The position numbers and the translations under genes are program-made. A stretch of 60,573 nt of DNA, counting the filler. It is 8 parts of 8 records of this genome, joined end to end, with 100 filler letters (N's around TTAATTAATTAA, not from the genome) between each part and the next. Parts side by side here need not be neighbours in the genome. Positions count along the whole stretch, not along the records: positions 33,087 to 46,112 come from SRR31156797_6068; positions 46,213 to 52,422 come from SRR31156797_6083; positions 52,523 to 60,573 come from SRR31156797_6087; 5 more parts are not named here. One strand, 5' to 3'. Within the stretch, counting starts at the first letter, position 1. The number at the start of each line of letters is the position of its first letter. The notes under the pieces were generated by a model that worked only from the letters and a program-made list of their open reading frames with translations, had not been told where the DNA came from and did no database searches. This document shows positions 42,291 through 52,788 of this stretch, in pieces.

Positions 42291-43997
42291 ATGCTAAAGT
42301 TTATTTCAACATATATTCTCCTTATTACATCTTTATTTGTTAGCGCTGCATGCTTTTCTCAAAAAGTTCCGGACGCTGATTTTTTGTTCCCAATGGACAT
42401 TGCCCCCTCTGTGAGTGGATCTTTTGCTGAGTTAAGATCAAACCACTTTCATTCCGGAATTGATTTATCGACCAATGGTAAACAAGGTATTCCTGTTAAA
42501 AGTATGGAGAGAGGTGAAATTTCCCGAATTAAGATTTCGCCTGTTGGATATGGAAACGCCATTTATATTAAACATCCCAATGGTTACACTTCTGTTTATG
42601 GTCATTTACGTAACTTTTCTTCTAAAATTGATTCAATCATCACACAAGAACAATATAAAATTAAATCATTTGCAATTGACTATTTTCCTCAACAAACCAT
42701 AAATATAGATAGAGGAGAAACTATTGGTTATTCCGGAAATTCGGGAAGTTCAGGTGGACCACATCTTCATTACGAAATTAGAGATACATATACGGAGGAA
42801 CCTATTAATCCATTCCTTTTTCAAAATATTATTAAAGATGATGTTCGTCCTAAAATACTTACTATTCGGATTTATCCATTGGATGAAAACAGCCTGATTA
42901 ATGGTAAGAATACACCTCTAAATTTTCCGGTAGTATTCTATGATGGAAGCTATCACTTAATAAACAATCCTAAAATACATGCTTCCGGAAAGGTTGGAAT
43001 TGCTGTGCAAATGCTGGATTACATGAGCGGTTCCTGGAAAAAATGCGGCGTATATAAATTAGATATGAAAGTAGATAAACAGGATTATTTTAATTGGGAA
43101 TTAAATCGTTTTTCTTTTGCTGAATCCAGATATATCAACAGTCATATAGACTACGCCTATAAAAAAACACATGGTATTCGTTTTGAGAAATGTTTTAAAG
43201 ACCCGGGAAATCAACTTAGCATTTACCATCGTCATCATAACAATGGCATTATACTAATGGATACTTTAAAAAACATTAGTATAAAAGCTTCTGACGCAGC
43301 CGGAAATGCTGCTATTTTAAATTTCAACTTATATAAAGGTGTTGCACCTACTGAATCCACTATTGATAATGGAAAGCTTTCGTATCAATACAAACATCAT
43401 TTAATAAAAGATGGTGTTGAATGTAATATTCCTAAAGGTGCTTTATATAATGATGCTTTTATTGATATAACAAGAGATACAACTTCAAACGGGAATCCTC
43501 TTTTTAAAATAGGAGAAGAAACAACTCCATTGCACAAAGCTATTCAGATAAAGGTTAGTGTTCCTGAAAAACTGTTACCATTGCAGAACCAACTATGTTT
43601 TGCTAAAATAAATGGTAACAACAAGAGTGTATATGCAGGAGGTAATTTAAGCGGCAATACGCTAATATTGGGGACTAATGAGTTTGGCGATTACTTTTTT
43701 GCGACCGATAGCATTCAACCATACATTAGAGCTTTGCAAAACATAAAAGGAAAGGTATTTACACCCTCTTCTAAACTTAGATTTAAAATCACCGATAACT
43801 TTTCGGGCATTAATACTTATAACGGTTATTTAAATGACCAATGGGTTTTATTTGAATACGATAAAAAATCAGATTTACTCACTTGTCAGCTACGAAAAGC
43901 TAAAGTGAAGAAAGGAGGTAATTACAAATTGAAACTGATCATAACTGATAATTGCGGGAATACACAAACACTAGAAAGCTCTTTTATGGTGAGATAA
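42291..43997 (+). CDS. M23 family metallopeptidase
   Basis: ELRSNHFHSGID, YGHL and GSSGGPHLHYEIR motifs; signal peptide from ATG 42291. Confidence 0.92.
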   Translation: MLKFISTYILLITSLFVSAACFSQKVPDADFLFPMDIAPSVSGSFAELRSNHFHSGIDLSTNGKQGIPVKSMERGEISRIKISPVGYGNAIYIKHPNGYTSVYGHLRNFSSKIDSIITQEQYKIKSFAIDYFPQQTINIDRGETIGYSGNSGSSGGPHLHYEIRDTYTEEPINPFLFQNIIKDDVRPKILTIRIYPLDENSLINGKNTPLNFPVVFYDGSYHLINNPKIHASGKVGIAVQMLDYMSGSWKKCGVYKLDMKVDKQDYFNWELNRFSFAESRYINSHIDYAYKKTHGIRFEKCFKDPGNQLSIYHRHHNNGIILMDTLKNISIKASDAAGNAAILNFNLYKGVAPTESTIDNGKLSYQYKHHLIKDGVECNIPKGALYNDAFIDITRDTTSNGNPLFKIGEETTPLHKAIQIKVSVPEKLLPLQNQLCFAKINGNNKSVYAGGNLSGNTLILGTNEFGDYFFATDSIQPYIRALQNIKGKVFTPSSKLRFKITDNFSGINTYNGYLNDQWVLFEYDKKSDLLTCQLRKAKVKKGGNYKLKLIITDNCGNTQTLESSFMVR

Positions 43998-44001
43998 TCT
44001 T

Positions 44002-45243
44002 CTATTTTTCTTTCACTGGGTGTGTAAAACAAAAGGTACTTCCTTGTCCTATTTTAGAATTAACAAATATATTTCCACCCAGCATTTCAACGTAGGCTTT
44101 ACTAATGGCTAATCCTAAACCGGTTCCTCCCATTTTTCTGGAACCTTCGGTATCTGCCTGTCGAAATCTTTCAAAAATAACATCATGCATTTCATTGGGT
44201 ATACCTGTTCCTGTATCTTCCACGCACATTTTTAGATTTCCTGACTCGTAAGCAACATGAATATGAACACTTCCCTCCTCTGTAAATTTAATGGCATTAC
44301 CAATCAGGTTTATAAACACCTGCTTTAACTTCACTTCATCAGTCCATAATTCATCAACAGGTAAATGCTCTGTTAAACCTATTTCGATCCCCTTTTCATT
44401 GGCTATATTGGAGAAAAGAGCAATAATTTCTCTAAAAAACAGCTGCATCTCAACCCAAGAGTAATTCAACTTTTCATGTCCGGTAGCGATAGTGGATATA
44501 TTAATAATATTATCAACGACAGCCAACAATTGTTTTGCACCTGAAAAAATAGTATCTGCAAAAGTTTGAATATCTCCTTCTTCCAGTCCCGGTTGTTTAA
44601 TCAACTCTGCAAAACCAAAAATACCGTTCATGGGAGTTCGTATTTCATGCGACATATTCTGAAGAAAGGCTGTCTTCAACTGATCACTTTCTTCTGCCTT
44701 ATTTTTGGCGAGTAGTAAGTCATCATTAATTTCTGCAATCTCTTTATTTCTTTTTTCTAATTCTTCATTTTGAGCAATAATATGAGCATTTAACTCTTTT
44801 AAATTATTCTGAACCATCATATAGTCGGTAATATCTCGCAAAACACTAATAACATACTCCTTACCTTCCAGAGAAACAACCGACAAATCTGCTTCTAAAA
44901 AATAATGCTTTTGCTTAATCTCAATTTCAAATAAACGCTTCGCACCTTCATCCTGACTCTTATAATCAGACAAAAATCCCCATAATTCTTCTCCTAAAAC
45001 CTCCTTAGGTTTTAAATCAGAGTAGCGACTTTCTATAATATTAAAGAAAATACAAAAAGCCTGATTTACATACATAAAACCTTGCTGTGCAATATCTACA
45101 ATTGATATAAAATCGTTTGTTTTATCAAATACATGCTTAAATACAGACAGTTCCTTATTCCGCCTCTGAAGTTCGGGGTAATAACTCTTTCTAAAGGAGC
45201 TCTCTCCCAAGCCTATTAATCTATCTCTTGTATTATCTGTCAT
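44002..45243 (-). CDS. Soluble PAS histidine kinase with ErcS-like N-terminal peptide
   Basis: RLIGLGESSFRKSYYPEL, PAS, SHEIRTPMN, NLIGNAIKFT and GGTGLGL motifs; no TM or receiver domain. Confidence 0.88.
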   Translation of the reverse strand: MTDNTRDRLIGLGESSFRKSYYPELQRRNKELSVFKHVFDKTNDFISIVDIAQQGFMYVNQAFCIFFNIIESRYSDLKPKEVLGEELWGFLSDYKSQDEGAKRLFEIEIKQKHYFLEADLSVVSLEGKEYVISVLRDITDYMMVQNNLKELNAHIIAQNEELEKRNKEIAEINDDLLLAKNKAEESDQLKTAFLQNMSHEIRTPMNGIFGFAELIKQPGLEEGDIQTFADTIFSGAKQLLAVVDNIINISTIATGHEKLNYSWVEMQLFFREIIALFSNIANEKGIEIGLTEHLPVDELWTDEVKLKQVFINLIGNAIKFTEEGSVHIHVAYESGNLKMCVEDTGTGIPNEMHDVIFERFRQADTEGSRKMGGTGLGLAISKAYVEMLGGNIFVNSKIGQGSTFCFTHPVKEK

Positions 45244-45259
45244 ATTGTAATTTCAGTAT

Positions 45260-46112
45260 CTAAAGGGCTTCCTTAAAAATGCTTAAGATATCATCCACAT
45301 TCACTTCTCGAGGATTCGTAATTACGCAAGGATCTTTTGATGCATTTAATGAAACCAATGGCAAATCAACTGTTTTCACACCCCGTTCTGATAAACTTGT
45401 GGTAATACCCATACTTTTTATAAAGGACCGGATAGCTTCAAGGAGAAGCTTTTTCTTTTCCTTTTGTACCAAACCTCTGGTGTCTATATCAAATACTTTT
45501 GCTATTTCATTAAAACGTTCTGGTTCTTTACTAAAATTAAAATCCATCACATGACTTAACAGCAAAGCGTTACACTCTCCATGTGCCAAATCATAATACC
45601 CTCCTAAACTATGAGCCATGGCATGAACAGCTCCAAGACTGGCATTAGAAAAAGCTAATCCTGCTTCTAAGCTGGCAACCGTCATATTATATCGACTAGT
45701 GATATCCTCCGGATTTTTAATGGCCTTATGTAAATTCTCTTTTATTAATTTCATGGCATTTAATGCATGATTATCAGTAACTGGAGAATTTGCATTTGAA
45801 ACAAAAGCTTCCACAGCATGTGTTAAAGCATCAATTCCAGTACAGGCTGTCAGGTAACTTCCCATACTTGAAGAAGCTACCGGATCTATCAAGGCTACAT
45901 CGGGAACTAAAGCCTTACTCACAATAGCAATCTTAACCAGGCGTTTCATATCCCGAATAATTGAAAATTGAGAAACATCGGCAGATGTTCCGGAGGTGGT
46001 AGGAATACAAACAATGGGAGGACCTGGAATCTCAACCTTATCAATACCTTCAAACAATAAAATATCTTTATGACTTGAAGAAACAATTCCAATTCCTTTT
46101 GCACAATCCATA
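45260..46112 (-). CDS. ercA: Iron-containing alcohol dehydrogenase-like protein, ErcA type (5'-truncated)
   Basis: IPTTSGTSADVSQF, DALTHAVEA and HAMAHSLGG...HGECN motifs; directly upstream of the ErcS-like kinase. Confidence 0.78.
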
Positions 46113-46213
46113 NNNNNNNNNNNNNNNNNNNNNNNNNNNNNNNNNNNNNNNNNNNNTTAATTAATTAANNNNNNNNNNNNNNNNNNNNNNNNNNNNNNNN
46201 NNNNNNNNNNNNA

Positions 46214-47164
46214 CGTTTACTTCCGGCAATCTTCATTTTAATAACTACATTTTTAACACATGCTCAGGAAAGATACCTCGAAATGATAACCGATGAGGTA
46301 TCGATACAAACTTTAACGTACACATCTAAAGATGGCGAAGAGCTGGATTTGGATATTTATTTACCCGAATACGATGCCGAAACCGAAAGAGCAACAATCA
46401 TTTATGTGCATGGCGGAGGTTTTCAGGGCGGACAACGCGACAGTGAGGACATTCAGGAATTTTGCACTTCATTAACCGAACACGGTTATGTTGTTGCGTC
46501 AATTTCGTACCGTTTAACGCGAAAAAATAAGGAAGGAGCATTTGGTTGTGATTGCCCGGCGGAAGATAAAATAAACACTTTTTATGCGGCTGTTGAGGAT
46601 TTGCAGGACGCCACTTTCTTTCTAATTCAAAACAGGGAGGAATTTGGGATTGACCCACAAAGAATAATTATTGCAGGTAGCAGTGCAGGAGCAGAAACCG
46701 TATTAAACGCGGCTTATCAACCACCTTATTGTTACGGATTAGATTCCGGGCCAGTTTCTTTTGCAGGAGTTATAAGTATGGCAGGTGCAATTCCCGACAC
46801 TACCGTAATTTACGATGAATCTGCTATTCCTTCTCTCCTTTTTCATGGCACCGACGACAATCTGGTACCTTATGGAACAGCGCCGCATCATTATTGCGAT
46901 GAAAACAGTCCGGGATATTTAATGCTTAATGGTTCGTATACTATTGCCGAAAAACTGGAAAAACTAAAAGCTCCCTATTGGTTGCATACAACGTGCGGAG
47001 GTGCCCATGAAATGGCAAATAAACCCATGACTGATTATTTCGAAGAAATCGTTGATTTTTGTTATCACTTTATTGTTAAAGAGGAAAAAGAATCGAAACG
47101 AACTATCATTAAAGGAATTCAGGACCAGGTCAACTATAAACCTTATAACTTTTGCGCAGAATGA
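46214..47164 (+). CDS. Secreted alpha/beta hydrolase (5'-truncated within the signal peptide)
   Basis: HGGGF, GSSAG and FHGTDD motifs; the frame is open back to the contig start. Confidence 0.88.
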   Translation, partial: RLLPAIFILITTFLTHAQERYLEMITDEVSIQTLTYTSKDGEELDLDIYLPEYDAETERATIIYVHGGGFQGGQRDSEDIQEFCTSLTEHGYVVASISYRLTRKNKEGAFGCDCPAEDKINTFYAAVEDLQDATFFLIQNREEFGIDPQRIIIAGSSAGAETVLNAAYQPPYCYGLDSGPVSFAGVISMAGAIPDTTVIYDESAIPSLLFHGTDDNLVPYGTAPHHYCDENSPGYLMLNGSYTIAEKLEKLKAPYWLHTTCGGAHEMANKPMTDYFEEIVDFCYHFIVKEEKESKRTIIKGIQDQVNYKPYNFCAE

Positions 47165-47994
47165 AAAAAATAATTTTTCTTTTGTTATTTGCTCCATTGT
47201 CAATATTCGCACAACAGATGAATATTGTTAGTTTTAATATCAGGTTTAATACACCAAACGATGGTGAAAATGCCTGGCCAAACCGGGTTGAAATGGCTAG
47301 TGGATTACTTAAATTTCACGAAGCAGATATTTTTGGTTTGCAGGAAGCCCTAATGGGACAAATAAATGATATTCAAAATAATTTACCCGATTATGAATGG
47401 TTTGGCGTAGGCCGTGACGATGGAATTGAAGCCGGTGAATTTTCACCCATCTTTTTTAATTCTAAAAAATTTATTCTGCTTGATAAAGGAAATTTCTGGC
47501 TTTCAGAAAACTGCGAAAAACCCGGATTGGGTTGGGATGCCGCGTGTAACCGGATTGTTACCTGGGGAAAATTCAAATCGAAAGTTACCGGAAAACAGTT
47601 TTTGGTTTTAAATACTCACTTCGATCATATTGGTGTGGAAGCAAGAAAAAATTCGGCCACCCTCATTCGAAATAAAATTGAAGAAATGACCTACAATAAA
47701 AATCTGCCGGTAATTTTAACCGGAGATTTTAACCTAACACCCGATCAGGAGCCTATTTCATTGTTGAAAAAATATTTAACCGACAGCCGCGATGTTTCGG
47801 AAGAACCACCATACGGACCAGTTGGAACTTTTACCGGATTTGATATCAATGCCGATTTATCCAGCCGCAGAATTGATTATATTTTTATTCATGGTGGGAT
47901 AAAAGTATTAAAATATGCTGCATTAACAGATTTCAAAGATCACAGATTTCCTTCCGATCATTTACCGGTTTTTGCGAAAGTTGTTTTAAAATAA
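47161..47994 (+). CDS. Endonuclease/exonuclease/phosphatase family protein
   Basis: SFNIR, GLQEA, NTHFDH, TGDFN, RIDYIF and SDHLPV motifs. Confidence 0.92.
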   Translation: MKKIIFLLLFAPLSIFAQQMNIVSFNIRFNTPNDGENAWPNRVEMASGLLKFHEADIFGLQEALMGQINDIQNNLPDYEWFGVGRDDGIEAGEFSPIFFNSKKFILLDKGNFWLSENCEKPGLGWDAACNRIVTWGKFKSKVTGKQFLVLNTHFDHIGVEARKNSATLIRNKIEEMTYNKNLPVILTGDFNLTPDQEPISLLKKYLTDSRDVSEEPPYGPVGTFTGFDINADLSSRRIDYIFIHGGIKVLKYAALTDFKDHRFPSDHLPVFAKVVLK

Positions 47995-48046
47995 AAAAGA
48001 TACTGTTCAAGTTGTTTTTCAATTTGATTTACATTTTCTTAGAAGA

Positions 48047-49414
48047 ATGTTTGAATCAATTGGCCAGTTTATCATTAAAATTTCCAACTTTATTTGGGGA
48101 ACTCCGGTTCTCATTCTTTTGCTGGGAGGAGGATTTTACTTTCTTGTATATTCACGACTTGCACCACTTCTTTATTTCAAACACGCACTTCAAATTTTAA
48201 CCGGCAAATTTGACGATCCAAATGAACCAGGACAATTGAGACATTATCAGGCACTTTCAACAGCGCTTGCCGGAACAGTTGGAATGGGTAATGTTAGTGG
48301 AGTGGCGGTAGCAATTACAATGGGTGGACCGGGTGCTATTTTCTGGATGTGGATTTCAGCATTACTGGGTGTGAGCACCAAATTTTTCACGTGTTCGCTG
48401 GCAGTAATGTTCAGAGGGAAAGACTCTAATGGAGAAATACAGGGCGGCCCCATGTATTATATTACTGAAGGATTGGGAAAAAATTGGAAACCGGTAGCCA
48501 TTTTCTTTTCGTTAATGGGAATGATTGGAGTATCTCCATTATTCCAGGCAAACCAACTTACACAAATGATTCGCGATGTAGTTTTGGTACCCAATAATAT
48601 AGAAGCTTCATTTTCATCCAATTTAATTACAGGATTAGTTATTTCGATTATTGTTGCCATTGTTGTAATTGGCGGAATAAAACGAATAGGGAAAGTTACA
48701 GGCCGGGTAGTTCCTTTTATGGTTGCCGTTTATGTAATTACAGTTTTATATATAATTTTTTCAAATGTTGAACTGATAATTCCAGCTTTTAAAACCATTT
48801 TCCATGATGCATTTACCGGCGATGCAGTTTTAGGAGGTTCTTTGGGTGCAATTATAATTACAGGCGTGCGACGTGCAGCATTTTCCAATGAAGCCGGGCT
48901 AGGAACTGCTCCAATGGCACACGGCGCAGCAAAAACCAGCGAACCCATTCGTGAAGGATTAGTTGCTATGCTTGGCCCGATTATCGACACAATTATTATT
49001 TGTACAATGACTGCTTTGGCTATTATTATTACCAATTCATGGATTGAATCATCGGCCGATGGAATTTCTTTAACAGCTCACGCCTTTGATACTGCCATTC
49101 CTGTTTATGGAAAATACATTTTAACCATTAGTGTTACTTTTTTTGCCATGTCAACACTTTTTGCTTTTCCTTATTACGGAACCAAATGTTTGGGTTTTGT
49201 TGCCGGAGCAAAATATGGTTATTTATACAACTACATTTTTGTTGTTGTAATTATTATTGGTGCTGTTTCCAACTTAAGGGTTATTATCGGATTAATTGAT
49301 ATTTCATTTGCATTAATGGCTTTTCCAACTGTCATTTCAGCACTTTTACTTTCTCCGCATGTTCGGCGTGCTGCCAAAGATTATTTTAATCGGTTAAAAC
49401 GAGGTGAATTTTAA
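48047..49414 (+). CDS. Alanine/glycine:cation symporter (AGCS)
   Basis: GTVGMGN, GGPGAIFWMW, GGPMYY and FSNEAGLG motifs. Confidence 0.94.
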   Translation: MFESIGQFIIKISNFIWGTPVLILLLGGGFYFLVYSRLAPLLYFKHALQILTGKFDDPNEPGQLRHYQALSTALAGTVGMGNVSGVAVAITMGGPGAIFWMWISALLGVSTKFFTCSLAVMFRGKDSNGEIQGGPMYYITEGLGKNWKPVAIFFSLMGMIGVSPLFQANQLTQMIRDVVLVPNNIEASFSSNLITGLVISIIVAIVVIGGIKRIGKVTGRVVPFMVAVYVITVLYIIFSNVELIIPAFKTIFHDAFTGDAVLGGSLGAIIITGVRRAAFSNEAGLGTAPMAHGAAKTSEPIREGLVAMLGPIIDTIIICTMTALAIIITNSWIESSADGISLTAHAFDTAIPVYGKYILTISVTFFAMSTLFAFPYYGTKCLGFVAGAKYGYLYNYIFVVVIIIGAVSNLRVIIGLIDISFALMAFPTVISALLLSPHVRRAAKDYFNRLKRGEF

Positions 49415-49469
49415 AAACTGATTCCACATTAATAAAGATTACGTAATTGGGTAAACAAATAATTATATT

Positions 49470-50111
49470 ATGAATAACATCCCAAATGAAAACGATTATA
49501 CAAAAGCTTTTTATTCCGACGGGTATCGCCTGGGAATGCAAGCTTCTCAAAATCAGGATTCAAAAAGTATATTTTTCGTTGCCATAAAGAATTTGTATAA
49601 AAATATAACCGATTTAATTGAATCGTTAGAAGTTTTTGCAAAAAACCAGGGTCAAAATATTGATTGTAAAAAAGGATGCGCTTGGTGTTGTCATCAGCCG
49701 GTTTTTGCGTTGGATTATGAGCTCGATTACCTGCACCATTTTATTAAAGAAAATCTTGATAAAAAGAAACAAGCAGCGATTCAAAAAAGGGCACTTGAAA
49801 AAAATACACAGTTACTTCAATTAACGACTAATGATTTACTGAATGCTAAAAATCCCTGTCCGCTTCTTGAAAATGACTCCTGTTTAGCCTACGATGCCCG
49901 CCCAATGGCATGTCGCATTTATCTTTCTACAGATGTTAAAACCTGCCACAAATTTTATAAGAATCCTGAAAACAAAGAAAATTACCCGGCTCTTCTCGAT
50001 TTTCCGATGAAAGCCGGCAGAATGATGAATGAAGGTTTTAAGGCCGCTTTAAAAACAAATGGTATTATTTCAAAAGAGTTCAGAATAGAAGAAAAACTTT
50101 TAACAGATTAA
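49470..50111 (+). CDS. YkgJ-family cysteine cluster protein
   Basis: CKKGCAWCC and CPLL...CLAYDARPMACR motifs. Confidence 0.88.
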   Translation: MNNIPNENDYTKAFYSDGYRLGMQASQNQDSKSIFFVAIKNLYKNITDLIESLEVFAKNQGQNIDCKKGCAWCCHQPVFALDYELDYLHHFIKENLDKKKQAAIQKRALEKNTQLLQLTTNDLLNAKNPCPLLENDSCLAYDARPMACRIYLSTDVKTCHKFYKNPENKENYPALLDFPMKAGRMMNEGFKAALKTNGIISKEFRIEEKLLTD

Positions 50112-50530
50112 ACATCTTCTAATTTCACACCAACCGCTTCAAACTTTTCAACTAAAATATCGGGAGCAATCGGCCGGTTATTTCGTGTTAGAACAGCCGT
50201 TATTTTTGCATTAATCATTAATTGTTCGTCCTTTTTTCGTAAAATTTGCTGATTAAAAACAATACGCAGGCTACCCTGTTTTGCCATTTTTAATTGTACT
50301 ATAAAATCGTCTCCGGGGCGAAGTGGAAATTTATAATCAATCTCTGCACGAATTACAACGGCATCAATTCCGTCGTTATGTAATTGTGCAAAATCGAGCC
50401 CTGCTTTTTGTAAAAATTTATGACGACAATGTTCCAGGTAATTCTGATAAACCGAGTTATTTACTATTCCCTGAATGTCGCATTCATAATCGCGCACCTG
50501 CATTTCCAATTCAAAATCGAAGTCTTTCAT
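50108..50530 (-). CDS. Acyl-CoA thioesterase (YbgC/FadM hotdog fold)
   Basis: VRDYECDIQGIVNNSVYQNYLE motif; the likely start is ATG 50530. Confidence 0.9.
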   Translation of the reverse strand: MKDFDFELEMQVRDYECDIQGIVNNSVYQNYLEHCRHKFLQKAGLDFAQLHNDGIDAVVIRAEIDYKFPLRPGDDFIVQLKMAKQGSLRIVFNQQILRKKDEQLMINAKITAVLTRNNRPIAPDILVEKFEAVGVKLEDV

Positions 50531-50627
50531 ATAAAAAATTATGGGCTGAAACCCGGTGTTTTTTGATAAAAATAAAAACCCCGACTTCAGTCGGGGCAAA
50601 TTGTTATAATTAAATAATTTCTTTTTA

Positions 50628-51101
50628 CTAATTAGCTGAAGGTGCCACCATTTTTGGGTATTTCCCAAAAGCTTTCACTAAAAACCGGTGAAATCCGTGT
50701 ACACTTTTCACCGGATCGGCAAACATCATTATGCACTTTTTATAGATAAGTGGAATTCCGGCATCTTCTATAGTTTTTACAGCCTCCGGTGTTTCCGATT
50801 TCTGCTGAATCCAAACCATTTTTATTCCCTTTTCTACCGCAGCATTTGCAATATTTAATGTTTCTTGTTTGGGGGTGACTATAAAAAGGTGAGTAACATC
50901 GTCGGGGAGTTCTCCAACCGATTTAAAACATTTTACCCCCTGAATTTCATCGGCGTTTGGATTGATTGGATGCAGGTCGAAACCTTTTTCCTTTAGTTCC
51001 TTAAAAATTGCACCACCAAATTTTTTCTGATTTCGTGAAACCCCTGCAATTGCCATTTTTCGGGGTTCCAGAAATTTTTGAATTTCATTTAAGGTTGTCA
51101 T
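50628..51101 (-). CDS. CoA-binding protein (YccU-like)
   Basis: AIAGVSRNQKKFG, PINP and VWIQ motifs. Confidence 0.9.
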   Translation of the reverse strand: MTTLNEIQKFLEPRKMAIAGVSRNQKKFGGAIFKELKEKGFDLHPINPNADEIQGVKCFKSVGELPDDVTHLFIVTPKQETLNIANAAVEKGIKMVWIQQKSETPEAVKTIEDAGIPLIYKKCIMMFADPVKSVHGFHRFLVKAFGKYPKMVAPSAN

Positions 51102-51123
51102 TTTCGGAAATTTTAGTTGTTGG

Positions 51124-51738
51124 TTATTTTATCATAAAATCAAGCAATTTCTTATTTTCAAGAAATCCTTCAAGGTGGTCGCCAATTTTTACAGGCGCCA
51201 CACCTGCCGGTGTTCCGGTATAAATAAGATCACCAATTTTCAAAGTTACGTATTTTGAAACAAACGAAATAATTTCTTCAAAATCAAAAATCATTAATTC
51301 CGAACTTCCTTCTTGCACTGTGTCGCCGTTACTTTTCAATTTAAAAAATATCGATTCCTGATCGGGAAAAACCGTTTTATCGATAAACGAACTACTCAAC
51401 ACAGCCGACTGATCAAAAGCTTTTGCTTTCTCCCAGGGTAATCCTTTCTCTTTTAACTGGTTTTGTACATCGCGAGCTGTAAAATCAATTCCCAACCCAA
51501 TTTCATCGAAATAACGATGAGCAAAGCGTTTCTCAATGTTTTTACCAATCCGGTTAATCTTAATTACCAATTCAATTTCGTGATGCACTTCTTTGGTCCA
51601 GTCTGGAATATAAAAAGGATCGTTATTTCGCAACAATGCCGAATCCGGCTTCATAAAAAAAACAGGTTCTTCCGGAATTTCATTTTTTAATTCCTCGGCA
51701 TGTGCCATATAATTTCGTCCGATACAAATTATTTTCAT
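51124..51738 (-). CDS. Fumarylacetoacetate hydrolase family protein
   Basis: CIGRNY, HHEIELV, DFTARD and TGTPAGV motifs. Confidence 0.93.
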   Translation of the reverse strand: MKIICIGRNYMAHAEELKNEIPEEPVFFMKPDSALLRNNDPFYIPDWTKEVHHEIELVIKINRIGKNIEKRFAHRYFDEIGLGIDFTARDVQNQLKEKGLPWEKAKAFDQSAVLSSSFIDKTVFPDQESIFFKLKSNGDTVQEGSSELMIFDFEEIISFVSKYVTLKIGDLIYTGTPAGVAPVKIGDHLEGFLENKKLLDFMIK

Positions 51739-51818
51739 GATTTTAAAAGCTGAAATTTTACTTTTCTGTAACCATTAAGTTTTAATTGAATGAATTTTCA
51801 AAAAATTCAAGTCCACTT

Positions 51819-52422
51819 TTATTTATTCATCATTCTCAACTTAATCTGGGTAAGCACTTTTTTTGTATATAGTGGAAATTCACTGTTTATAATCCAGCCA
51901 AAATACCCCGGCTGTTCTTGTAATACTTTTTCCACCGAAACTCCCTTATTCTTCCCAAAATTAAATACTTCCACTCCATTTTCATCATAAATAATACGAC
52001 CAACAAAGTCTACATTTCGGTCGTACGATGAAAATTCGCTGAGTTTTTCGACATTATTTTCAATGGGTGTCGTTTTTTTACCGTTCTTTTCCTGGTATTC
52101 AACACCTTTGTACATATCGAGTTGTGCTTTTAACACTTCGTAAGTTGCCTTGGTGTCAGCCATTGCGCTGTGCGCATTAACCAGTTCTTTTTGGCAATAG
52201 AATTTGTAAGCAGCCGCCAACGTGCGTTTTTCCATTTTATGAAAGATTGCCTGCACATCGATAAACTTGCGCTTTTTGAAATCGATATCTATATCGGCAC
52301 GAAGAAATTCTTCTGCCAACAATGGAATATCAAAACGATTAGAATTAAATCCTCCTAAATCGCATCCTTCAAGAAACTTAGCAAAAGTTTTTGCTACTTC
52401 TTTAAAAGTAGGTTCATCTTTT
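51819..52422 (-). CDS. DEDDh 3'-5' exonuclease (DnaQ-like; 5'-truncated)
   Basis: GGFNSNRFDIPL upstream of the track start, AHSAMAD and FNFGKNKG motifs. Confidence 0.9.
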
Positions 52423-52588
52423 NNNNNNNNNNNNNNNNNNNNNNNNNNNNNNNNNNNNNNNNNNNNTTAATTAATTAANNNNNNNNNNNNNNNNNNNNNN
52501 NNNNNNNNNNNNNNNNNNNNNNCCCTGGTTAATTGGAAAATACTTTTGAGAATCACTATAGATCTCTGTTTTTCTATCAAAAAATAAT

Positions 52589-52672
52589 GACACCCATATT
52601 TTTATTGAACATAAAAAATATGGGTGTCTATTATTCAATTATATTGATTTGATTAATTAAAAAATGGGTGTC
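52589..52672. repeat. 15-bp inverted repeat plus a third half-site (REP-like or operator)
   Basis: GACACCCATATTTTT-10nt-AAAAATATGGGTGTC, with ATGGGTGTC again at 52664-52672. Confidence 0.7.
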
Positions 52673-52704
52673 TCTCTAATATCTCCGAGTTCTGTATCGA
52701 AAAA

Positions 52705-52740
52705 AATCAGAAAATAATCAGAAAATAATCAGAAAATAAT
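52705..52740 (+). repeat. 11-bp tandem repeat (AATCAGAAAAT x3.3) upstream of tonB
   Basis: Exact tandem copies visible in the sequence. Confidence 0.85.
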
Positions 52741-52788
52741 ATAGACTGATAATAATCCTCTAATTATTTACAATTCAAATCCGTTGGT

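Noticed and set aside
46214..52422. Contig 7 searched for an unusual system
   Set aside because: It holds tightly packed ordinary Bacteroidota housekeeping genes, with no unexplained intergenic structure seen.
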